This document shows, piece after piece, positions 37,454 to 47,119 of a stretch of 64,000 nt of DNA. Source of the stretch: Rhodospirillales bacterium (GTDB taxonomy: Bacteria > Pseudomonadota > Alphaproteobacteria > Rhodospirillales > UBA2165); assembly GCA_046582495.1 (NCBI GenBank), contig JAYGEG010000099.1:1858-65857 (forward strand), read 5' to 3'. Positions within the stretch are counted from its first letter, which is position 1. The number at the start of each line of letters is the position of its first letter. Both the position numbers and the translations under genes were made by a program. The notes beneath the pieces are model-generated. The model was not told the origin of the DNA. It saw only the letters and a list, made by a program, of their open reading frames with translations, and made no database searches.

Positions 37454-38023
37454 ATGCCATATACGCTTGAAAACTTTTGTGATGATTGCCGGGCCACCTA
37501 TGATCCGGCCACCGGCAACGCCGATCTTGAAGAGGTGAGAGTTCATCTTGAAAGCTTGCTGGAGAACCAAGAGTTTCTTCAAGAACATTGCGGACCTGAC
37601 GCTGAAATTGGCGCTCATACCCTTTATACAGATGATGAAAGAGGATTTATTGTCTTGGCCCACATTATGGAAAATGGGCGCACGTCGCCGCCGCATGACC
37701 ATGGCGCTTCTTGGGCGATATATGGCCAAGCGACTAAATTCACCGACATGACCGAATATGACAGGCAGGATGACGGATCGGAGCAAGATAAAGCCAAAGT
37801 CGAAAAAACGAGAAAATATCGACTGGAACCGGGTATGGCCGGAATATTTGGCGCGCACGAAATTCATTCCATCCATTTTCCGGACAACGCACGTTTTATC
37901 CGCGTGACCGGCACCGATCTCAGCACCATCGAAACTTTGGCATACAATATGGACGAAGGATCGGTAAAAGTTATCCCGCCAAGTGCTGATGGATTAGGCG
38001 CTGGACAGGCCTCCGCCGACTAG
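37454..38023 (+). CDS. Cysteine-dioxygenase-like cupin
   Basis: SPPHDHGASWAIYG...EIHSIH metal-binding cupin pattern. Confidence 0.7.
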   Translation: MPYTLENFCDDCRATYDPATGNADLEEVRVHLESLLENQEFLQEHCGPDAEIGAHTLYTDDERGFIVLAHIMENGRTSPPHDHGASWAIYGQATKFTDMTEYDRQDDGSEQDKAKVEKTRKYRLEPGMAGIFGAHEIHSIHFPDNARFIRVTGTDLSTIETLAYNMDEGSVKVIPPSADGLGAGQASAD

Positions 38024-38025
38024 CG

Positions 38026-39117
38026 CTACGCAAACTCCGGAAACAGCTTTTTGAGACCTTCTGCACTGGCGTCACTGACACCGCGCTCGGTGATTAAACC
38101 AGTGACCAAACGCCGCGGTGTGACATCAAACGCATAATTTGCCGCCGGACTGCCATCCGGTGTGATTTGAACGTCTGAGATCACGCCTGAGCTATCCCTG
38201 CCGGTCATGATCGTAACCTCGGTCGCATCACGTTCTTCGATGGGGATATCACGCACACCATCTTCTACGGTCCAATCAATGGTTGGCGATGGAAGACCAA
38301 CGTAAAACGGCAAGCCATTATCGAAGGCGGCGAGCGCTTTCAAATAAGTACCTATCTTATTACATACATCACCCGTGAATGTCGTCCGGTCCGTGCCCGT
38401 GATGACCATATCAACTTGGCCATGTTGCATCAGATGGCCACCGACATTATCAACGATCACTGTGTGCGGCACGCCGTGCTGGCCAAGTTCCCAGGCGGTG
38501 AGGCTGGCCCCTTGGTTGCGCGGCCGGGTTTCATCCGCCCAAACATGCACATCAATGCCGGCGTTATGAGCTTTGTAGATAGGTGCCAACGCCGTGCCCC
38601 AATCGACAGTCGCCAGCCAACCAGCATTACAATGGGTGAGTATATTGACGGTCTTGCCATTTTTTTTGGCAGCGATTTCTTTGATGATCTCCACACCGTG
38701 CTCGCCGATGTTCGAGCAAATCTCGACATCCTCATCACAAATCTCGGCGGCACGTTTGTAAGCCGCCGCCTCGCGTTCACTCAACGGCAGAGGCTCGAGC
38801 AAAGCTTTCATATCATCCAACGCCCAGCGCAAATTGACCGCCGTTGGCCGCGTCGCAAATAAGTGATCGTACATAGAGGCGAGATTTGCATCAGAGGCAT
38901 CTTCGCGCATTGCCAGCGCGGCGCCGTAAGCCGCTGTCGCGCCGATTAGCGGCGCCCCCCGCACCCGCATGTCTTTGATCGCGATCGCCGCGTCTTGCAT
39001 CCTCTCAAGCCGCACCGTGACAAACTCATGCGGCAGCTTGGTCTGATCGATGATCTCTGCCGCCCAGCCGTCTTCTGCGAGCCAGATCGTCCGGTAAGGC
39101 GTGCCGTTGACTTCCAT
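38026..39117 (-). CDS. mtnA: Methylthioribose-1-phosphate isomerase
   Basis: [45 protein letters not shown]. Confidence 0.97.
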   Translation of the reverse strand: MEVNGTPYRTIWLAEDGWAAEIIDQTKLPHEFVTVRLERMQDAAIAIKDMRVRGAPLIGATAAYGAALAMREDASDANLASMYDHLFATRPTAVNLRWALDDMKALLEPLPLSEREAAAYKRAAEICDEDVEICSNIGEHGVEIIKEIAAKKNGKTVNILTHCNAGWLATVDWGTALAPIYKAHNAGIDVHVWADETRPRNQGASLTAWELGQHGVPHTVIVDNVGGHLMQHGQVDMVITGTDRTTFTGDVCNKIGTYLKALAAFDNGLPFYVGLPSPTIDWTVEDGVRDIPIEERDATEVTIMTGRDSSGVISDVQITPDGSPAANYAFDVTPRRLVTGLITERGVSDASAEGLKKLFPEFA

Positions 39118-39992
39118 TATTCCAGCACCCTGCCCGCAACCGCGTCGAGCTTCGCCAGCACATCTGGATCACGTGCATCCGGCGACGTGATCAGCGCGTT
39201 ATCAAGCGCGGTGTGGCAGCCATCGGAACAAAGTTCGGTGCGGCCGGAAAGTTTAGGCGCAACTTCTTTGACCAAAGACGCTGCGTTTGCTGCATTGCCG
39301 AGCAGGACCTTAATAATCGCATCGACCGTCACGTCATCATGATCCGGATGCCAGCAATCAAAGTCTGTCACCATCGCCACCGTCGCGTAACACATCTCGG
39401 CTTCGCGGGCGAGTTTGGCTTCCGGCATATTGGTCATGCCGATCACATCACAACCCCAGGATTTATAGAGTTGCGATTCTGCGAGGGTCGAAAATTGTGG
39501 GCCTTCCATCGCCAAATAGGTGCCGCCGCGCTGGGTTTTGATACCGAGCGTTTTTGCGCCTTCTTCCAAAGCATCACCGAGCCTGGAACACACCGGATGA
39601 CCAAAGCCGACATGAGCGACCATGCCGGTCTCAAAAAAACTTTTTACACGGGCAAAGGTGCGATCAATAAACTGATCAACGATGACGAAGGCGCCGGGAT
39701 CAAGCTCTTCTTTGAACGAGCCACAGGCCGATAGCGACAATATTTCGGTAACACCGGCGCGTTTCAAAGCATCAATATTGGCCCTGAAATTTAATTCTGA
39801 TGGCGGGATTTTATGACCGCGGCTATGGCGCGGCAAAAACACCAACTGCTGCCCTTCTAATTCTCCAAATAGAAACTCATCCGAAGTTTCACCGAACGGA
39901 CTTTCGATCCGCTCCCAGCGGGTGTTGGTGAGACCGTCGATCTCGTAAAGACCACTGCCACCGATAATGCCGATAATTGGTGTTTCTGACAT
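39117..39992 (-). CDS. mtnP: S-methyl-5'-thioadenosine phosphorylase
   Basis: [42 protein letters not shown]. Confidence 0.96.
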   Translation of the reverse strand: MSETPIIGIIGGSGLYEIDGLTNTRWERIESPFGETSDEFLFGELEGQQLVFLPRHSRGHKIPPSELNFRANIDALKRAGVTEILSLSACGSFKEELDPGAFVIVDQFIDRTFARVKSFFETGMVAHVGFGHPVCSRLGDALEEGAKTLGIKTQRGGTYLAMEGPQFSTLAESQLYKSWGCDVIGMTNMPEAKLAREAEMCYATVAMVTDFDCWHPDHDDVTVDAIIKVLLGNAANAASLVKEVAPKLSGRTELCSDGCHTALDNALITSPDARDPDVLAKLDAVAGRVLE

Positions 39993-40002
39993 GTCGAAGC
40001 CT

Positions 40003-40584
40003 CTATTCAGATATTATTTTTGCTTTTTCGATGATCACCTGTTTTGTCGGCACATCGGTTGGGAACGGTCCACCGGATCCGGTCTCCATCCTGGAAATAC
40101 GGCCAACAATGTTCATGCCGTCAATAACCCTGCCAAAGGCGGTATAGCCCCAGCCTTGCTCGGTCTTGGAGCGATGATTGAGTCCGCCATTAAACTTCAA
40201 ACTGATAAAAAACTGATTTGTCGCGGAATGCGGATCATTTGTCCGTGCCATCGCGATGGTGCCGCGTTCATTTGATAGACCTTTGTCAGCTTCGTTCTCA
40301 ATCGGCGCGCGGGTTGGCTTTTTGTCATAGTTTGCCTCAAAACCTCCGCCTTGGATCATGAAGGATTTGATCACACGATGAAAAATCAGACCATCATAAT
40401 GACCATCCCGGACATATTGCATAAAGTTCGCAACCGTATTGGGCGCGCGGTCCGGCTCCAGCTCCAACGTGAAATCACCGACATTGGTTTTGAAGTGAAC
40501 TTTTGGTTTGCCTGCTGCTTCCACGTTACTAACAATCGCAAAGACTGCCAAAAACGGCAGCACGAACATGAGTAATTTTTTCAA
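40003..40584 (-). CDS. ppiA: Periplasmic cyclophilin-type peptidyl-prolyl isomerase
   Basis: Signal peptide, FHRVIKSFMIQGGG, GTIAMART..PHSATNQFFI. Confidence 0.9.
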   Translation of the reverse strand: MKKLLMFVLPFLAVFAIVSNVEAAGKPKVHFKTNVGDFTLELEPDRAPNTVANFMQYVRDGHYDGLIFHRVIKSFMIQGGGFEANYDKKPTRAPIENEADKGLSNERGTIAMARTNDPHSATNQFFISLKFNGGLNHRSKTEQGWGYTAFGRVIDGMNIVGRISRMETGSGGPFPTDVPTKQVIIEKAKIISE

Positions 40585-40619
40585 TTTTATAGTCTCCCAA
40601 TTTGATGCACCCCATTTTA

Positions 40620-40663
40620 CAAAAAGAAAAGGCGTTCAGACAGACTAAACTATCTAAACGCCT
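40620..40663 (-). terminator. Terminator of petABC
   Basis: AGGCGTTCAGACAG...CTATCTAAACGCCT stem with an A-rich tract on its left (U tail on minus strand). Confidence 0.6.
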
Positions 40664-40683
40664 CCCCTTCGGAAACTGTTTTT

Positions 40684-41472
40684 TTAGTGCAGTTTTGCCC
40701 AAACCTGGCGTTTCACCGCATAGAGCAGAGCGGTAAAGACAAATAGGAACAACATTACTTTGATGCCCATCCGCTTGCGCTCTTCCAATTCAGGCTCGGC
40801 TGACCAAATCAAAAAGGCAGTGACGTCTTTTGCCATTTGTCCAACAGTGGCTTTGGTGCCATCCGCATATTCAACACCATCATCACTGAGCGGCGCTCCC
40901 ATCGCAATTTGCGATCCTGAAAAATACGGATTGTAGTTCATGCCTTCAGACAATTTGAATCCTGACGGCGCATCTTTATAGCCGGTCAACAAGGCATGGA
41001 CGTAATTTGGCCCATTAAGCCGGGCTTTGGTCATCAAAGTGAGGTCAGGTGGCAATGCACCGGCGTTAGCCGCACGTGCAGCGAACTCATTTGGATAAGG
41101 CGAAACGATCCGGTCAAACGGTTTACCTGGACGCACGATAAGCTCGCCGTCATCATGGGTATCACCGTCTTCATTGGGACCGGCAGCAACTTCAGCTTCA
41201 GCAGCGATTTTTTTCACTTCCTCCGGAGAAAATCCGATTTCCTCAAGATTGCGATAAAACAATAGACGCACAGAGTGGCAGGACGCACAGATTTCACTGT
41301 AAACCTGAAAACCGCGTTTCAACTGCTTGCGATCAAAAAAGCCAAACAAACCATTGGTCGTCCAGTCTTGTGAATTAATTTCGGCGCCGCCTGCGGCCCG
41401 AACTGAGCCAACGTTTACACTGCTGGAAAAAGCAACCACGAAAGCAGCTAGGATAATTACTTTTTTAAACAT
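40684..41472 (-). CDS. petC: Cytochrome c1
   Basis: RGFQVY..CASCH, PPDLTL, C-terminal TM anchor. Confidence 0.97.
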   Translation of the reverse strand: MFKKVIILAAFVVAFSSSVNVGSVRAAGGAEINSQDWTTNGLFGFFDRKQLKRGFQVYSEICASCHSVRLLFYRNLEEIGFSPEEVKKIAAEAEVAAGPNEDGDTHDDGELIVRPGKPFDRIVSPYPNEFAARAANAGALPPDLTLMTKARLNGPNYVHALLTGYKDAPSGFKLSEGMNYNPYFSGSQIAMGAPLSDDGVEYADGTKATVGQMAKDVTAFLIWSAEPELEERKRMGIKVMLFLFVFTALLYAVKRQVWAKLH

Positions 41473-42752
41473 TAGCTGCCCTCCTTTGCATCAGATCCGC
41501 CGGCGGTAACCGCCGCGCTAATACTATCTGGCAAGGGTTTGGTTTTCTCAAACTTACCAAGCAAGGGCATGAAAACCACGAGATGGAGGAAGTAGTAGGC
41601 TGTTGCGATGCGTCCAATCAGCAGGAAGTTTCCTTCTGCGGGTTTGGCGCCCATAAAGCCGAGAATGATCGTGTCGATGACAAATATCCAGAACAGCCAG
41701 AAATAGGTTGGTCGGAACCTTGCACTTCGAACTTTGGAAGTATCCAGCCACGGCAAAACCATGAGCAAAAGAATAGAGGCAAACATACCAATCACACCAG
41801 CCGTCTTGGCTGGAATAATCACCGGCAATATACCCCAAACATCAATGAAGTTGTCCGGCACCGCCCGCAAGATTGCATAATACGGCAGGAAGTACCATTC
41901 CGGCACAATATGCGGTGGCGTTACCAGCGGATTGGCTTCAATATAGTTATCCGGCTCGCCAAAGAAGTTCGGCGCGAAGAACACAAACCCTAGATAAACG
42001 ATCAGGAAAACGCCGACGCCGAATGAATCTTTAGCGGTGTAATAGGGATGAAACGGAATTTCGTCCTGATCGCCTTTGACCTCAACGCCAAGCGGATTAC
42101 CCGATTTATGGGTGTGGAGCGCCCAAAGATGGACAAACACCAAACCAAAAATCACAAACGGCAACAGATAATGCAGCGAGAAGAACTTATTCAATGTTGG
42201 GTTATCAACTGAGAAGCCGCCCCAAAGCCACTGCACAATCGCTTCGCCGAAGAACGGAATAACCGAGAACAAATTGGTAATCACGGTCGCGCCCCAGAAG
42301 CTCATTTGGCCCCACGGCAACACATAGCCCAGGAACGCCGTTGCCATCATGGCAAGGAAGATCATAACGCCGATGATCCACAGCAATTCGCGGGGATTTT
42401 TGTAAGAGCCGTAATACATGCCACGAAAAAGGTGAATGTAGACGACAATAAAGAACATCGAACCGCCGTTCATATGAAGATAACGGATCAACCAGCCATA
42501 GTTGACGTCACGCATAATGCGCTCGACCGAATCAAAGGCCATTGACGTATGGCCGGTATAATTCATAGCCAAGACGATGCCGGTGGCGATCATAATCACC
42601 AAAATCATGCCGGCGAGAGAACCGAAGTTCCACCAGTAGTTCAAATTTCGAGGTGTCGGATAGGTAATGATCGAATGATCGAGGAAGGTGAACACCGGCA
42701 AACGGTGATCGACCCATTTAATAATTGGATTTTTCCAGGTTGGCGTGCTCAT
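41472..42752 (-). CDS. petB: Cytochrome b
   Basis: [26 protein letters not shown]. Confidence 0.99.
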   Translation of the reverse strand: MSTPTWKNPIIKWVDHRLPVFTFLDHSIITYPTPRNLNYWWNFGSLAGMILVIMIATGIVLAMNYTGHTSMAFDSVERIMRDVNYGWLIRYLHMNGGSMFFIVVYIHLFRGMYYGSYKNPRELLWIIGVMIFLAMMATAFLGYVLPWGQMSFWGATVITNLFSVIPFFGEAIVQWLWGGFSVDNPTLNKFFSLHYLLPFVIFGLVFVHLWALHTHKSGNPLGVEVKGDQDEIPFHPYYTAKDSFGVGVFLIVYLGFVFFAPNFFGEPDNYIEANPLVTPPHIVPEWYFLPYYAILRAVPDNFIDVWGILPVIIPAKTAGVIGMFASILLLMVLPWLDTSKVRSARFRPTYFWLFWIFVIDTIILGFMGAKPAEGNFLLIGRIATAYYFLHLVVFMPLLGKFEKTKPLPDSISAAVTAGGSDAKEGS

Positions 42753-42763
42753 GTTTTGGCTCC

Positions 42764-43336
42764 CTAACCTATGAGAATATTTGTATCATCGATGAATTTA
42801 TAGGGTGGAACCTGTAAATTCTTCGGTGCCGGACCTTTGCGGATGCGTCCGGAAGTATCATAATGCGATCCATGGCAGGGGCAGAACCAGCCATTAAAAT
42901 CACCCTTTACATCACCGCTTTTCTGGCCTGATGGAATGCAGCCGAGATGCGTGCAAATCCCAACTAAAATCAGCCACTGATCTTTTTTGACACGATCTTT
43001 ATCAGCCTCAGGATCTTTCAAATCCGCCAAATTAACAGCTTTTGCGGCGGCTATTTCTTTTGCGGTACGCCGACGAATAAATACCGGCTTGCCGCGCCAA
43101 ATCGCCGTAATACTTTGTCCGACCTCGACCGACGATATATCCAGCTCGGTTGACGCCAGCGCCAACACGTCTTTCGATGGATTCATACTGTCAATGAAGG
43201 GCCAGACTGCCAAGACCGTGCCTGCGGCACCGACGGCAATCGTGGAGTTTAACAGAAAGTCGCGCTTGGAATCGTCGTGAGACTCATCATGAGAATCTTT
43301 TTCTGTGCTTTCTGCGGTAGAAGCTGTGTCAGCCAT
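42764..43336 (-). CDS. petA: Rieske Fe-S subunit of bc1 (start 43336; ORF track 43354)
   Basis: CTHLGC, CPCHGS, GPAP; Tat-like SKRDFL. Confidence 0.97.
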   Translation of the reverse strand: MADTASTAESTEKDSHDESHDDSKRDFLLNSTIAVGAAGTVLAVWPFIDSMNPSKDVLALASTELDISSVEVGQSITAIWRGKPVFIRRRTAKEIAAAKAVNLADLKDPEADKDRVKKDQWLILVGICTHLGCIPSGQKSGDVKGDFNGWFCPCHGSHYDTSGRIRKGPAPKNLQVPPYKFIDDTNILIG

Positions 43337-43525
43337 GTCTACTTCCTTTTTCACACCGGATATTTCCGGATGTTCAGTCCTTTGTAAAAGTTCTCAAAAC
43401 ATAGACTGGGAATTATTTTTTGAATTTACATAGTCCAGGCCATTGAATGGGCCAAGGTATAATGCAGAATACTTCATTAGAAAAGGCCAAAAAGCCTAAA
43501 TAATGTTCAATTATTGGGGAATTAG

Positions 43526-43543
43526 GGTCAATTTTTTGTCGCA
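43526..43543 (-). promoter_or_regulatory. Possible RegA/PrrA-type site upstream of petABC
   Basis: TGCGACAAAAAATTGACC on the minus strand resembles the GCG(G/A)C-AT-rich-GNC(G/A)C pattern; RegA regulates petABC in Rhodobacter. Confidence 0.3.
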
Positions 43544-43571
43544 TTAAATTGATAATAAAGGTCATATTTTC

Positions 43572-44027
43572 ATGCGTTTAGCGCTTTTTGAGCCGGATAT
43601 CCCGCAAAACACCGGGACAATACTGCGGTTAGCCGCTTGTTTTGGCATTGGTGTAGATATCATCGAGCCCTGCGGCTTCGTCTTTAGCGACCGACGCCTG
43701 AAACGAGCGGGCATGGATTACATCGAGCAAGTCGAGCTTAGACGGCACGAATCCTGGGCCAAGTTTTTCGAAGATAACAATAAACATGAACGAATCGTTC
43801 TGCTCACGACAAAAGGCGAAACCTCTCACACAGACTTTAAGTTTCAGGCGACGGACATTTTATTACTCGGCAGGGAAAGCGCCGGCGTGCCGGTTGACGT
43901 ACATCAAGTCGTTGATGCCGAAATTCGTGTACCTATGATGCCAGAAACGCGAAGCTTGAATATTGCTGTTTCAGCGGCGATGGTGTTGGGAGAAGCGTTG
44001 CGTCAAACAGATGGATTTCCAATGTAA
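43572..44027 (+). CDS. trmL: tRNA (cytidine/uridine-34 2'-O)-methyltransferase
   Basis: [28 protein letters not shown] (SPOUT). Confidence 0.93.
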   Translation: MRLALFEPDIPQNTGTILRLAACFGIGVDIIEPCGFVFSDRRLKRAGMDYIEQVELRRHESWAKFFEDNNKHERIVLLTTKGETSHTDFKFQATDILLLGRESAGVPVDVHQVVDAEIRVPMMPETRSLNIAVSAAMVLGEALRQTDGFPM

Positions 44028-44920
44028 TGCCAGAAAAAATGCCAGAAAAAATGAGCGATATAGAAACTCAACAAAAAACCGCGCGCGCGTGGTTTGAAAG
44101 TTTGCGCGACGACATTTGCAGCGCCTTTGAAGCCATCGAAGATGACGTCACTGGCGCAGATGAAATCATGACGCTTGAGCCGGGTCGCTTTGAACGTAAA
44201 AGCTGGGACCGACCGGAAGGGCAAGAAAAAGGCGGCGGCGGCGGCATCATGTCTGTCATGCGCGGCCGCGTATTTGAGAAAGTCGGCGTCAATGTATCGA
44301 CCGTCCACGGCGAATTTTCAGAGCAATTTCGAGCTTCCATGCCAGGTACTGAAGAGGATCCCCGCTTTTGGGCGTCAGGGGTATCTCTGGTTGCCCATCC
44401 GCGCTCCCCGCGCGTACCCATCGCCCATATGAACACGCGCATGATTGTCACCACCAAGCAATGGTTTGGCGGCGGCGGCGACTTAACGCCAGTGTTCCCT
44501 TTAGATCAGGATACGGCTGATTTTCATGGCGCGTTTAAGGCCGCCTGCGATGGCCACGATGAGAGCTACTATCCGAAATATAAAGAATGGTGCGACGAAT
44601 ATTTTTTTCTGCCACACCGCGATGAAGCACGCGGTGTAGGCGGCATCTTTTATGACAATCTCAACACCGGCGATTGGCAGGCTGACTTCGCCTTCACGCA
44701 GGATGTCGGCAAAGCTTTTAAAAATATCTACAACGAACTCGTCCGCCGCCACATGAATGAAAGCTGGACCGAAAAAGATAAAGCAGCCCAACTCATCAAA
44801 CGCGGCCGCTATGTCGAGTTCAACCTCATCCATGACCGCGGCACCAAGTTCGGCCTGATGACCGGCGGTAATACCGAAGCGATCCTGATGTCACTGCCGC
44901 CAATGGCCGCTTGGGAGTGA
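44027..44920 (+). CDS. hemF: Oxygen-dependent coproporphyrinogen III oxidase (start may be 44051)
   Basis: [35 protein letters not shown]. Confidence 0.97.
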   Translation: MPEKMPEKMSDIETQQKTARAWFESLRDDICSAFEAIEDDVTGADEIMTLEPGRFERKSWDRPEGQEKGGGGGIMSVMRGRVFEKVGVNVSTVHGEFSEQFRASMPGTEEDPRFWASGVSLVAHPRSPRVPIAHMNTRMIVTTKQWFGGGGDLTPVFPLDQDTADFHGAFKAACDGHDESYYPKYKEWCDEYFFLPHRDEARGVGGIFYDNLNTGDWQADFAFTQDVGKAFKNIYNELVRRHMNESWTEKDKAAQLIKRGRYVEFNLIHDRGTKFGLMTGGNTEAILMSLPPMAAWE

Positions 44921-45034
44921 CAAAGGGCATCGCATTTTTCCTACTTTTAAATTGGATTTAATTTAACTCTATTTTTTGAGGAACGTAAATGACAGCCGTC
45001 ACATATAAAACCACTGATAAATCTATCGATAATT

Positions 45035-47119
45035 CTATTGGCCTTCCCGCCACCAAGATAACATCACGCCGCCGGCGACCAGTAGCAGGAATAATAGCGC
45101 TGGAAATAGCGGCACTTGGCGGACGCCGGTCACCGTATAGGCACCATTGTTGACCATGCCAAACCAGCCATTACCGGCGCCGCTACGACCCGGCTTGGTG
45201 CGGCGGAAATCCGGAATACCCTCTGATATCCAGGCAATGCCGCCGCCACTTGCTTTAACCAAAGGCTGAATAACCTCGGGCGAGGCGCGAAGATCCGAAA
45301 GCTCGGCAGGATTTAGCTTGCCGACAGCCGCCAAAGTCTGCCGCTGGCCATCTTCAATTTTATAAAGGCCGGTTTCATCTGCAGTTACGGTCACACTCGC
45401 CGCGCCATTTTTATTTTCCTCGAGCTTTAAAACGGTTTTTTTGCCGGACGGAGCTGTGAGCGTGATAGGGGGATGCGACGGCTCCAAGGAACGGCGCTCA
45501 ATCGTCAGCTCCCTGCCGTCGACCTTGGCGCGCAAATCCTCTTCCTCTAAATCAGGCTCCTTCATCAACCAGTGAGACAAGCGGCGCAAAAGCTCTGCAT
45601 GCGGCCCACCGCCGTCATAACCTCTTGCCCAAAGCCAGATTTGATCACTCATAAATTGGGCAACGCGGCCTTCGCCAACTCTGTCGAGGATCAATAGCGG
45701 TTTGCCTTCCGCGCCGTTCATCAATGTATGGCCTTTTCGCGCCACCGCATCTATTTGGCGGAACCAACGGCCCCATTTCGGCTGCTTGCCTGTTGAGACT
45801 GCCGAGCCCGGCAATCCGCCGGTTACTGGATGGCGGCGGCCTTTTTCAGTTAATTTAGCGCGGAATCCCGTTTCGATCACAGGTCCGGAAGGCTCACCCG
45901 GCAATATTTTTCCAAGCGGGGTGTGATAAAGACTGCGAACGCCGGCAAAGTCCGGCCCAACGGCGGCTAAAACGGCACCGCCTTTTTGCACATATTGCTC
46001 AATGTTCTGAAAATAGTTGGGCGGCAAGACAAAGCGAATGACATAACGATCGAAGACAATCAGATCGAATTCATGCAGTTTGATCTCAAACAACTCGCGG
46101 ATAGGAAACGAGATCAGCGCCAATTCATTGAGCGGTGTGAAATCGTTTTTCTCAGGCGGGCGCAAAATCGTAAAATGCACAAGATCAACGGAAGGGTCAG
46201 ATTTCAAAAGATTGCGCCATGTGCGCTCGCCAAGATGGGGCTGGCCTGACACCAACAACACCCGCAAGCGATCCCGCACACCATTGACCGTGATAACAGC
46301 GCGATTGTTGGCGAGTGATAATTCACGCGCCATCGCTTGAGCTTGCAATTCAATAATCATCGCGCCGCCATGATCGACCGGCACGGAAATTGATTTGCTT
46401 TGACCAATCGGCACAGTGGTTTCAATAATTTTTTTGCCATCAATTTTGAGCTTCAAAGCAGCGCTACCGGATGCTCCACCTGACCTTTTTGGATTGTCCT
46501 CAATGCGAACGCGGATTTTAACTTTTTTACCGACAATGCCATAGGCCGGCGCGCGTTCGATGACCAAACGGCGATCCCGCTCATTTGGCTTTCCCGTCAA
46601 TAAAAGGTGCAAAGGGCGTTCGAATTTTTGATCTTTCGAATTTGGCGTATCGTGCACTTGGCCATCTGAAATAATGACCGCGCCAGCGAAACGTCCTTTC
46701 GGCAAATCAGCGAGCGCCCGGTTGAGCTCTCCAAATACTTCCGTGCCATCCTCGGTTTCCTGCCCGCGAATAACCCGAATTTGCAGATTTTTGTACTTCG
46801 CCAAACTTGCCTGCACTTGCTTGAGCGCAGCTTTCAATTGCGCGCGCCTGTCGCCGGTGTTTTGGCTGGAGGATTCATCGACGGCGATAATGGCGATATC
46901 GGGCTGTGCAGTCCGGTTCTCGCTTTCAAGATGAGGATTGAACAGCGCGAAGACGAGAATGCCGAGCGCCGCCATGCGCAGCACGGAGCCACGCGCACCT
47001 CTGAAAATGCCAAACACCAAAAGCGCCAACGCGATGCCGCCAAGCAGAGCAATAATCTCCCAGGCGATGAGGGGCGAGAACCCAATGCCGGTAAGGCCGA
47101 TGCCGCTCATGATATCCAT
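45035..47119 (-). CDS. Membrane protein with vWA-like and glutamine-amidotransferase-like domains (MoxR operon)
   Basis: VDESSS, ISDGQVHD, WRNLLKSDPSVDLVHFTILRPP, terminal TM and WWREG. Confidence 0.8.
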   Translation of the reverse strand: MDIMSGIGLTGIGFSPLIAWEIIALLGGIALALLVFGIFRGARGSVLRMAALGILVFALFNPHLESENRTAQPDIAIIAVDESSSQNTGDRRAQLKAALKQVQASLAKYKNLQIRVIRGQETEDGTEVFGELNRALADLPKGRFAGAVIISDGQVHDTPNSKDQKFERPLHLLLTGKPNERDRRLVIERAPAYGIVGKKVKIRVRIEDNPKRSGGASGSAALKLKIDGKKIIETTVPIGQSKSISVPVDHGGAMIIELQAQAMARELSLANNRAVITVNGVRDRLRVLLVSGQPHLGERTWRNLLKSDPSVDLVHFTILRPPEKNDFTPLNELALISFPIRELFEIKLHEFDLIVFDRYVIRFVLPPNYFQNIEQYVQKGGAVLAAVGPDFAGVRSLYHTPLGKILPGEPSGPVIETGFRAKLTEKGRRHPVTGGLPGSAVSTGKQPKWGRWFRQIDAVARKGHTLMNGAEGKPLLILDRVGEGRVAQFMSDQIWLWARGYDGGGPHAELLRRLSHWLMKEPDLEEEDLRAKVDGRELTIERRSLEPSHPPITLTAPSGKKTVLKLEENKNGAASVTVTADETGLYKIEDGQRQTLAAVGKLNPAELSDLRASPEVIQPLVKASGGGIAWISEGIPDFRRTKPGRSGAGNGWFGMVNNGAYTVTGVRQVPLFPALLFLLLVAGGVMLSWWREGQ

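Noticed and set aside
37454-39992. Cupin as part of an MTA-isoprenoid shunt with mtnP/mtnA
   Set aside because: The cupin is convergent to mtnA, belongs to the opposite-strand cluster, and no RubisCO-like protein is present
43250-43275. KR instead of RR in the PetA Tat motif (SKRDFL)
   Set aside because: KR variants are known in Rieske protein Tat signals
44027-44053. 12-bp tandem duplication ATGCCAGAAAAA x2 at the hemF start
   Set aside because: In-frame and only shifts the possible start codon; no evidence of function
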